Virus record (IMG/VR): IMGVR_UViG_3300030061_002247
Coordinates: 1-64,000 of that record
Length of the DNA: 64,000 bases
Source: a virus
Strand: one strand, 5' to 3'
The translations under genes were made by a program, and so were the position numbers. Below the pieces are notes generated by a model. It worked only from the letters and a program-made list of their open reading frames with translations, was not told where the DNA came from and did no database searches. Positions within the stretch are counted from its first letter, which is position 1; each line of letters begins with the position of its first letter. Below are positions 57,009-64,000 of the stretch, piece after piece.

Positions 57009-57084
57009 AACTTACGATTCATCGAGCAAAAGACGGTCTTTTAACTAAACCCTTATTAAAGCAGCACCATACATAGTATTCCCG

Positions 57085-57276
57085 ATGACAGTATCCGAGA
57101 GCGCCTTCGCTGCGGCGTGGCTTCTACTCAAGCATCAGGAGAATGGTGTCGATTTTTCCTCGAAAGAGGACCAATTCATCACTGGGACTATCCTCAAGAT
57201 GATGAACTCCGACGATTTGAGGCTTCAAGAGGAAGCAGGCATGCTTTACGCACGCTATAAGGTCATGAAATCCTAA
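57085..57276 (+). CDS. Leader-family protein (SAFAAAWLLLK)
   Basis: Shared motif; a CTTATTAA box lies about 30 nt upstream. Confidence 0.65.
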   Translation: MTVSESAFAAAWLLLKHQENGVDFSSKEDQFITGTILKMMNSDDLRLQEEAGMLYARYKVMKS

Positions 57277-57623
57277 GAACGAGTGGTTGTGCTTCCAGTG
57301 GAAGCCCCTGACATCATTCTTTGACGTGCTTCTTGCTCCATTCTGGCTGTATCCTGCTGATTTCGGGCTGCGGCCTCTTGTAGGCTACCCATTGCCTGTC
57401 CCATCGGACTTTCCTTCGCCGCATCCAAAGTTTCCTTCATTTCCTTGCCTTTATCGGCTAAATTAGCCATATTTTGCCCAATTTTCGAGTTTTTGGCCGC
57501 TACACCGACTTTTTTAGCGGATTGTAGGCCTTTTGAGCCTAATTTCGCTGCTGCCGGGCCTACTCTGGCCAATCCAGCGACTAGAGCCGGGAGAAACTTC
57601 TCAATGTCGTAATCCGACTCCAT
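57273..57623 (-). CDS. Ala/Lys-rich amphipathic protein, inverted within the cluster
   Basis: MESDYDIEK-FLPALVAGLARVGPAAAKLG...; helical, low complexity. Confidence 0.6.
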   Translation of the reverse strand: MESDYDIEKFLPALVAGLARVGPAAAKLGSKGLQSAKKVGVAAKNSKIGQNMANLADKGKEMKETLDAAKESPMGQAMGSLQEAAARNQQDTARMEQEARQRMMSGASTGSTTTRS

Positions 57624-57676
57624 AACACGTCGGAGAAGCAGAAACTAATTATGGTGTCGCCTTATACGCCGCTAGC

Positions 57677-57916
57677 ATGGGGTTTGAGTTCGATTTGGCG
57701 TTCGAGTCACTCAAGAAGGGTCAATTCGGGATGAAAGGCTCTCAATATATCTCAAATCGACCAAAAGCGAAGGCGAAAGCCAAGGTTCAGCGTCTAGCGA
57801 GAAAGACGAAGAACCGAAAGACGAAGGCTCGCTACAAACGCAACCTAGATAGGGGTAACACACGTCCGAGGATGCGTAGGCAGACAGGCCTAGTCAGAAT
57901 ATCCAGAAGGAGATAG
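57677..57916 (+). CDS. Highly basic leader-family protein (FEFDLAFESLKK)
   Basis: K/R-rich body with a variant leader. Confidence 0.65.
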   Translation: MGFEFDLAFESLKKGQFGMKGSQYISNRPKAKAKAKVQRLARKTKNRKTKARYKRNLDRGNTRPRMRRQTGLVRISRRR

Positions 57917-57921
57917 ATAAA

Positions 57922-58467
57922 ATGAATGCATTCGACACAGCATGGACACTACTCAAAGCAGACAAAGAGAAGTGCCCTTCATGCAATATGTCGAAATCAG
58001 AGTGCATGACTCATAAAATGGGCTGCGGCGGTGAGATGAAGAAGGCATATGTGATGAGAAAAGCCGCTTTCAGACTAAAATACGACTACAACACACTCAG
58101 GAAATCGTACAGAGATGAGTACGAGGACTACTCGGATGGCCCTCCAATGGGTGAGTTCGATATGGCTCAGGCCGTATCCGACCACAATGACGGGATGATT
58201 TTCGATGACCACATGCCTAGGAACGAGAAAGAGAAACAGATACTACACCACTACATGAACAAACTGAATGTTATTCCGGGTTTGACAGCAGAGGAGCAGG
58301 GATTGGATGATGATGACCACCAAATGGCCAGCGATGTGGCTCAAGAGTACTTCGTAGAGCACATGAGGGAAATGGAAGCCATGAACTCAGGCGTTACCGG
58401 TAGAGACAGCGCACCGTCGAAAGTAGGAGTCTCCTCCCCTCAGATACCAGAGCAGCGTAATCAGTGA
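57922..58467 (+). CDS. Leader-family protein (MNAFDTAWTLLK)
   Basis: Shared motif; CPSC...C...C. Confidence 0.7.
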   Translation: MNAFDTAWTLLKADKEKCPSCNMSKSECMTHKMGCGGEMKKAYVMRKAAFRLKYDYNTLRKSYRDEYEDYSDGPPMGEFDMAQAVSDHNDGMIFDDHMPRNEKEKQILHHYMNKLNVIPGLTAEEQGLDDDDHQMASDVAQEYFVEHMREMEAMNSGVTGRDSAPSKVGVSSPQIPEQRNQ

Positions 58468-59111
58468 TGTGTATGAAGGACAAGGGCAAGAAAGCAGGGA
58501 TGACACTGGTTATCGCTGTCGGCCCTAAGATGCCCAAGAAACCCACTGAGACCTCGAAACCAGACGAGAAGGCCATGAAGAAGGCTTTTGATGTTGCTTG
58601 GGGTGTAGTTAAGGCTATTCCAGAGGCAAATAGTAGGTTTTCTCAACAAAATTTGGGAGAACTACCTCATACAATGGGTACATCTTCGGCAGAACCTCTT
58701 CAATCATTCAATGTGGATGATAAATTGGACTTAGAAAACGATTTGAATGAAGGAAGGGCACAATATATGGATGAAGATATGGGTGACCGGAATTTTAGAG
58801 GAAACATTGCCGCAGATTACAGACCTCAAGGTGCAAATGAAGGTAACGAAGAGTATTACAGAGGACTTTTAGAGGAAATGCTACGAGGAAAAATCTCAGG
58901 AAGAAAGGATATGGCCCATGACCCTGAGATGTTACGAGATTACGACCAAAGACAGGGTGAGTTAATGGATAACGAAAGAACATCAGTACTTGCAGAGGGT
59001 ATGGAACCACCAATGCCTCAATCTCAACCTCAATCTGGTGAAATAGGTATAATGTCACCAAGAAATGTTAGAAGATTTAACCGAGGTATGGGTCCTTCAA
59101 CCCCGTTTTAG
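58464..59111 (+). CDS. Protein with an internal leader motif (AFDVAWGVVK)
   Basis: Motif at 58584-58613. Confidence 0.65.
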   Translation: MMCMKDKGKKAGMTLVIAVGPKMPKKPTETSKPDEKAMKKAFDVAWGVVKAIPEANSRFSQQNLGELPHTMGTSSAEPLQSFNVDDKLDLENDLNEGRAQYMDEDMGDRNFRGNIAADYRPQGANEGNEEYYRGLLEEMLRGKISGRKDMAHDPEMLRDYDQRQGELMDNERTSVLAEGMEPPMPQSQPQSGEIGIMSPRNVRRFNRGMGPSTPF

Positions 59112-59119
59112 GGGATTTT

Positions 59120-59896
59120 ATGACTAGACAGACCGAATTAGGTGAATATCACCCTGATTTTCCCAGTAGCCTCGGTCCAGTCAATGAGTATCACGGCACA
59201 ATCGACATGCAGGGCGTTCTCGACCAAGGTATCAGGGGTGGAAACCCGAAAACACGCTCGAAACACTACGTTCCACCCAGCCTAAGGAATGAGGATAGGG
59301 TGTCCTACACCACTGACAATCCAGACCTCGCACGCCAGTTCGCATTGGAAAGGGCCAAAAAGTTCGGCCTGCCTGAGAGCAGCGTGGGTGTAGTAGGCGT
59401 GAGGGGCGGAGGACTGGCTAACCCAGTCCTACAACCAGAGCCTAGCGGTGGTATTTTCAGTGGTACTGAAAGTAATGTCAGGAGTGGAGGCATTCCTAGG
59501 GCCAATCTAGCCCCTATGACGATGAAATCAGACGCTTACGTGCAAGTCACAGCGACTTGTGACTGCTGTTCACCCTCCACACAGGCGTTCGGCACTCTAG
59601 TTGAGGACTATTTCGAGAAGGCCAAGAAGAAATCCAAGCCTTTCCACGGCTACAATCCCAATAGACACCACAAGAAGGGAGGTCTGAATGCGAAAGGTCG
59701 AGCCAAAGCGAAGAGAGAAACAGGTGCAAACCTCAAACCTCCTGTCACTACCAAGCCATCCAAACTCAAACCCGGAAGCAAGAAGGCGAAAAGAAGGAAA
59801 TCCTTCTGCGCTCGCATGGGTGGCAGTAAAGGACCTACGAGCAAGGATGGTAAACTAACCCCGAAAGGTGCAGCATTGAAGAGGTGGAATTGTTGA
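59120..59896 (+). CDS. ART-fold-like domain fused to a DUF6321-like basic domain
   Basis: EYHGT....VLDQGI...VSYTTDNPDLARQFA (ART-like); KGGLNAKGRA...LKPPV...RRKSFCARMGG...ALKRWNC (DUF6321-like, from recall). Confidence 0.6.
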   Translation: MTRQTELGEYHPDFPSSLGPVNEYHGTIDMQGVLDQGIRGGNPKTRSKHYVPPSLRNEDRVSYTTDNPDLARQFALERAKKFGLPESSVGVVGVRGGGLANPVLQPEPSGGIFSGTESNVRSGGIPRANLAPMTMKSDAYVQVTATCDCCSPSTQAFGTLVEDYFEKAKKKSKPFHGYNPNRHHKKGGLNAKGRAKAKRETGANLKPPVTTKPSKLKPGSKKAKRRKSFCARMGGSKGPTSKDGKLTPKGAALKRWNC

Positions 59897-60060
59897 AAAA
59901 GGACAAATGTTGTTGTGGTGCTACTAAGAATAATCCATGTAAATGCATGGAGTTAGGCAAACAATGCTCCATGACTCCACCTCGCTGCCCATGTTACAAA
60001 TTGCTGTATGCACAGAAAAAAGCCGCTGACAAACTAACCAAAATGGTGGGTGTCATATGA
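59893..60060 (+). CDS. Cys-rich microprotein (55 aa, TTG start, not in ORF track)
   Basis: KKDKCCCGATKNNPCKCMELGKQCSMTPPRCPCYK; overlaps both neighbours by 4 nt. Confidence 0.55.
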   Translation: MKKDKCCCGATKNNPCKCMELGKQCSMTPPRCPCYKLLYAQKKAADKLTKMVGVI

Positions 60061-60248
60061 TAGATTCTTGTGGTTGTGGTCACTGCGTCGGCATGGATGG
60101 TGCATGGGACACACTCGAAAAGAAACTCTGTCCAGCAGGTAAAGCCGCTGCAAAGAGGAAGTTCAAGGTCTATCCGTCTGCCTATGCTAATGGATGGGCT
60201 GTACAGTATTGCCGGGGAAAGTTTCGAGGGAAAGGTAAGAAGAAATGA
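60057..60248 (+). CDS. Small basic phage protein (YPSAYA motif, DUF5872-like)
   Basis: AKRKFKVYPSAYANGWAVQ, preceded by MDGAWDTLEK. Confidence 0.6.
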   Translation: MIDSCGCGHCVGMDGAWDTLEKKLCPAGKAAAKRKFKVYPSAYANGWAVQYCRGKFRGKGKKK

Positions 60249-60811
60249 GTACCGATTCAAACTCCCGCTGCACTTGCCACAATACGTTGGTGGTAAAGAA
60301 CCTGAACCGATGGTTCAAGGAGAAGTGGGTAGACGTATCGAGAAAGGACAAGGATGGGAAACACCCACCATGCGGAAGGGGGAAAGCAAAATTGTCTGGA
60401 AAAGGATACCCGAAGTGCAGGCCGTCGGTGAAAGTTTCAGGCGAAACTCCAAAGACTTCTGGTTCGATGTCAAGTGGACAAAAAAGAGCAGCCACAAAGC
60501 GAAAAAGAGCCAAGAAACAGGGGATTGGTGGGAAGCCGACGATTGTTAAGGGTGTAGCAGTCCTCAAAGCGAGAGAGTTGTCCCCAGAAGCCCAACGTCA
60601 TAAGAAGGAATATGACACAAAGTACGAGTCTAGCCCTGAGCGTGTGAAGTACCGTGAAGAACTCAATAGGGAAAGAAGACGACGAGGCATCTACGGGTCT
60701 CACAACCGTAAGGATGTCAGTCACACACAAGGTGGGAGGCTCACGTTAGAGGGGGAGCATGCGAACAGGGCTAGACACTTCAAAAATAGAGGCACTTTAC
60801 GGGTAGTTTAG
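60245..60811 (+). CDS. Basic phage protein (WFKEKWVD, DUF5872-like) fused to an HNH-like C-terminus
   Basis: LNRWFKEKWVDV...CG...YPKCRP; C-terminal KDVSH.....L......NRAR. Confidence 0.6.
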   Translation: MSTDSNSRCTCHNTLVVKNLNRWFKEKWVDVSRKDKDGKHPPCGRGKAKLSGKGYPKCRPSVKVSGETPKTSGSMSSGQKRAATKRKRAKKQGIGGKPTIVKGVAVLKARELSPEAQRHKKEYDTKYESSPERVKYREELNRERRRRGIYGSHNRKDVSHTQGGRLTLEGEHANRARHFKNRGTLRVV

Positions 60812-60864
60812 TACAGAAGGCTTATGATAGCCACCCTCGTGGGGTCTTTCTAGAGGTCACTAAG

Positions 60865-61503
60865 ATGAGCAGACAAGACCCCAGCGATAAATCAGAAATG
60901 AGACTGACAGGATTGATACTAACTCAGTCGGCTCTAGTGGGAGTTGCAATAGGCATCTACGATGCTGGATTGTGGCTACCCGGAGGAACAGGAGCGAGCG
61001 AATACGTCAACGGAATGACATATGCTATGGGGGCATTGGCAATTCAGATTCTAGCATATTACTTGTTCAAGATGTTCTTTGAGGAGCAAATGCAAGAGAG
61101 AGTCAGAATGTCGGAAATGCAAAGACAGAGAGACTACCGCTTCAGAGAGCAGCAATTCAGTTACGACCAGCGTAGAGCAGACATGGAACTACGTATGCAG
61201 GAGATGACATTAGAGAAAGAACTGCTTTGGATGCAACAAAATCCCGGTAAGATGCCACCTTCAATGATGTCAAACAGCCAGTCTGGTATTTCAGGTCTAG
61301 GTGTTGACCTATTCAACACATCAAAACCACCACAACACACAGCAAATGTTACTGCTCCTCAGAGTTTTGGCTTAGACTCCCTCGCAGACGAGATGCTACA
61401 AGAAACTGTTATTCCACCTAGAGACATTTCTAGTCAAACTATACGTTTGAAGAAGGATGGAACGCCAGACCTTAGATATACGAAGGGTAGTGGCAAGGTC
61501 TGA
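60865..61503 (+). CDS. Two-TM membrane protein with coiled coil
   Basis: Hydrophobic LILTQSALVGVAIGIY and YAMGALAIQILAYYLF segments, followed by an E/Q/R helix. Confidence 0.7.
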   Translation: MSRQDPSDKSEMRLTGLILTQSALVGVAIGIYDAGLWLPGGTGASEYVNGMTYAMGALAIQILAYYLFKMFFEEQMQERVRMSEMQRQRDYRFREQQFSYDQRRADMELRMQEMTLEKELLWMQQNPGKMPPSMMSNSQSGISGLGVDLFNTSKPPQHTANVTAPQSFGLDSLADEMLQETVIPPRDISSQTIRLKKDGTPDLRYTKGSGKV

Positions 61504-61763
61504 TGGGTAGAATATTCAAGACACCTAAAGACGACTCGGTGGAGGAAACTCTACGGGCAATGCACCTCGCAAACACGGTTGACAACACATACGAATGGGG
61601 GGTTGGTTGGCTCAGGACAATTCTTGCATCTTTCGGTGCTGCTTTAGCAGTCAGTGCAATGGAGTCTTACACAGATTTCACTCTATGGGGTTGGACAGTC
61701 GAATGGTCATATCAACAAATTGAGGGCTTTGCTGATTGGCTATACTCTAAACTCCCTAATTAG
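61503..61763 (+). CDS. Small membrane protein
   Basis: WGVGWLRTILASFGAALAVSAM; Trp-rich. Confidence 0.65.
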   Translation: MGRIFKTPKDDSVEETLRAMHLANTVDNTYEWGVGWLRTILASFGAALAVSAMESYTDFTLWGWTVEWSYQQIEGFADWLYSKLPN

Positions 61764-61772
61764 GTGAGATGA

Positions 61773-62486
61773 ATGGTAGGTGGAGGAAGCGTACTCGTCG
61801 GTGTAGCCATATACGGACAACACCTCTACAATGCATGGAAACCGAGAAAAGTCGGTATTTACGGCACAAGCATGGTTGGGAAGACCACATTAGACCGCTA
61901 CATGACCACACCCGGTGAGATGGAAGAGATATCAGAGGATGATAGAACAGAACACTTCAAACTAATCACTAGATACATGTTGCCCAAACCGACTAGGAAG
62001 AGAATATCTTGGCAGGGCGAAAAGAGAGTGGTATACTCCGCAGACATAGGCGGGCAAGAGAGGTTCTGGAATCTGTGGATTGACGATATGGTGTCCAGAC
62101 AGGTGGAGTGCGTCATGTACGTGTTCGATGACAGGGCTTTTGCTGGTGGACCTGAGGGTGCAGAGCAAGTTGCCGGTTTCAAGTACCTTGTAGATAGGCT
62201 CATCCAGAGAGATTACAGATACAGAACCCTCAGAAGCAGATGGAAGGGAAAGAAGTACACACCTAGGATGCTAATGTTGGTGGCTAATAAAGCGGATAGG
62301 TTCTTTGACAAGAAGGCTGCTGAACTCTGGCAGCAGAACAGAATAGGCGAACACAAGATATTCGACCCGTTCCGAGATGACCTGATTAGATTGCAGAAAG
62401 CGAGGCTTCCCACAAAGCGTGCTTTCATGGCTACTCGTGTGGGTTGGAACGTCGAACCAACCCTAGTAGAACTCTTGACCTCTTGA
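61773..62486 (+). CDS. Ras-superfamily small GTPase (Arf/Rab-like)
   Basis: G1 GTSMVGKTT, G2 RT, G3 DIGGQERF..LW, hydrophobic strand VMYVFD, G4 VANKAD, G5-like MAT..GWNV. Confidence 0.88.
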   Translation: MVGGGSVLVGVAIYGQHLYNAWKPRKVGIYGTSMVGKTTLDRYMTTPGEMEEISEDDRTEHFKLITRYMLPKPTRKRISWQGEKRVVYSADIGGQERFWNLWIDDMVSRQVECVMYVFDDRAFAGGPEGAEQVAGFKYLVDRLIQRDYRYRTLRSRWKGKKYTPRMLMLVANKADRFFDKKAAELWQQNRIGEHKIFDPFRDDLIRLQKARLPTKRAFMATRVGWNVEPTLVELLTS

Positions 62487-62521
62487 GTGACCTTTTTGAT
62501 GTAGTAGGGTGTGCGACCTCT

Positions 62522-62707
62522 ATGGCTAAGGGTAAGACCACCACCACTCTCGTTCCAACAGGAGGGGGTAGTAATTCACTTAGGACTACCATTCCCATGT
62601 GGATTGTGCAGCAATTTGGTATGACTGCTGGTAGCAAGGTAGAATGGCGATTATCTGCCGAAAATGGGCAAATGTCTATTCATGTGACTCCTGCGGAGGG
62701 TGAGTGA
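62522..62707 (+). CDS. AbrB/SpoVT/MazE-type DNA-binding protein
   Basis: SNSLRTTIPMWIVQQFGMTAGSKVEW matches the S..VTIP..I....GL..GD.VEW pattern. Start reassigned to 62522. Confidence 0.8.
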   Translation: MAKGKTTTTLVPTGGGSNSLRTTIPMWIVQQFGMTAGSKVEWRLSAENGQMSIHVTPAEGE

Positions 62708-63738
62708 TGGTAGGCGGCCTTTTAGACGTACCCGACAATATGTATCGCACAATAACGAGAACTCCGGTGCAAAACCAGAGTCTAAGCAACTTAAATGACG
62801 CAGCGATGCAGATGATGGCTCAACAAGGCAACCCACAATTCAATCAAGCGGCTATAATGGAACAGGCCATTGCACAGCAGCAGATGCAGCAGATAGCGGT
62901 TCAGAAGAATCTCGAAGTCCCGAAAGTAAACTTCTATCCTTCTAATCACCCAGACCCAAGAAAGGCTAGAAGAAAGGACATCAAACAAGCATACAGACTA
63001 CTCAAACCCACAAAGAGGACTCTTGTAGACCCAAGAAGGTGGTTAGGTAGTCCATACAGATACACCAAAGACAGCGGTGTTTGTGTGGTAGACGGCTGCA
63101 ACGTCAAAGAACTAATCGAGCATGACAACCTATATTCGAGAATCACAGACGAAGAGACAGGAAGAAGCCTTTGGGAGATGTACTGGCAGAACCCAATCTC
63201 AGGACAGACCGAGGCATTCTTAGCAAGAAGCGGTGTGACTAGCGGTAAGACTCTCAAGGGAACATACTGCCCTGAGCATCTCCATCTCTACCACCTACTC
63301 TGCAAATGGGAGTCTGCTGAGGAGAAGGAGAATGAAATGAGACCAAGCAGATTCAGAGACAAAATGAAGAAAGGAGTCAGTCTAGTCACTATTCCAGTTT
63401 CCTCATTGCAATCGACCGAGCAGAAAGCACCAGACCTAGTTCAGAAGTACGAGCCTTTCTTCCAAGAGATAGAGAAGGACTCCAATAGAACAAGAGGTAT
63501 CAACGTCTGGCACATTCCTAACCCAGAGACCGGTAGCAACGACATCACCATGGTGCAATTCGACATGAGAATGTTCCATAAAGAGGCTCAAGAGCAGCAA
63601 TTGGCTGCACAACAGGCATTCAACACCGTTCTCAACCAACAGGCTCAAACCTTGAACCCCGCTCCGACTATGCAAGCACCGCCCCCGATAGTGCCTACGA
63701 TAGCAACAACAGCAAATCCAGCAGAGGTGATACAGTGA
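62704..63738 (+). CDS. Gln-rich hypothetical protein with possible Zn site
   Basis: Q-rich ends; CVVDGC...YCPEH. Confidence 0.65.
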   Translation: MMVGGLLDVPDNMYRTITRTPVQNQSLSNLNDAAMQMMAQQGNPQFNQAAIMEQAIAQQQMQQIAVQKNLEVPKVNFYPSNHPDPRKARRKDIKQAYRLLKPTKRTLVDPRRWLGSPYRYTKDSGVCVVDGCNVKELIEHDNLYSRITDEETGRSLWEMYWQNPISGQTEAFLARSGVTSGKTLKGTYCPEHLHLYHLLCKWESAEEKENEMRPSRFRDKMKKGVSLVTIPVSSLQSTEQKAPDLVQKYEPFFQEIEKDSNRTRGINVWHIPNPETGSNDITMVQFDMRMFHKEAQEQQLAAQQAFNTVLNQQAQTLNPAPTMQAPPPIVPTIATTANPAEVIQ

Positions 63739-64000
63739 CATTAGGATTATCTAATCTAGGAGGTCAACAATCGTCATCCACTCTCAGTTTAGGCGCTAGC
63801 CAGTCTAATGCTTTCGGCCAACAGCCTATGCAAAACGGGTATGCTCCTAATGCATACGGTACTTCTCCCTTGATGGGTGGCATTCTAGGGGGTGCAGGCA
63901 TATCCCCCCAACAATACAACGCTCCAGTAGCCCCTCCTTCGGAGACTCAGATTCTAGCCTCGATGCTTGGCACAATCCAACCGATTGACAAGTTCATCGT
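63735..64000 (+). CDS. Low-complexity G/Q/S/P protein, 3'-truncated by the window edge
   Basis: GTG start overlapping the upstream stop; frame open to the window end (MTLGLSNLGGQQSS...). Confidence 0.55.
   Translation, partial: MTLGLSNLGGQQSSSTLSLGASQSNAFGQQPMQNGYAPNAYGTSPLMGGILGGAGISPQQYNAPVAPPSETQILASMLGTIQPIDKFI

Overview
64 kb segment of a large tailed archaeal dsDNA virus, most consistent with a Magrovirus-like virus of Marine Group II (Poseidoniales) archaea. This assignment is inferred from gene content (group II chaperonin, archaeal-type PolB, RFC, primase, MCM-like ATPase, XPF, TFB-like protein, TATA-type promoters), not from a database search. There are three blocks. (1) 1-18.7 kb, + strand: tail and tail-fibre/adhesin genes. 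(2) 18.7-54.6 kb, - strand: HMG-CoA lyase-like gene, thermosome, a near-complete replication/repair set, then many early-type genes (SNF2 helicase, two CX5R phosphatases, a PEP-utiliser-like phosphotransferase, an ART-like protein); seven copies of one 21-bp TATA motif punctuate this arm. (3) 55.2-64 kb, mostly + strand: small proteins sharing an AFDxAWxLLK leader, basic virion-type proteins, and a membrane protein plus Arf/Rab-like GTPase module. The divergence point (53.4-54.9 kb) carries about 25-30 closely spaced short inverted repeats running through a coding gene, followed by GTTAATCGC iterons. I saw no capsid, terminase, tRNA, rRNA or CRISPR array. All calls are by eye from motifs; no searches were run.
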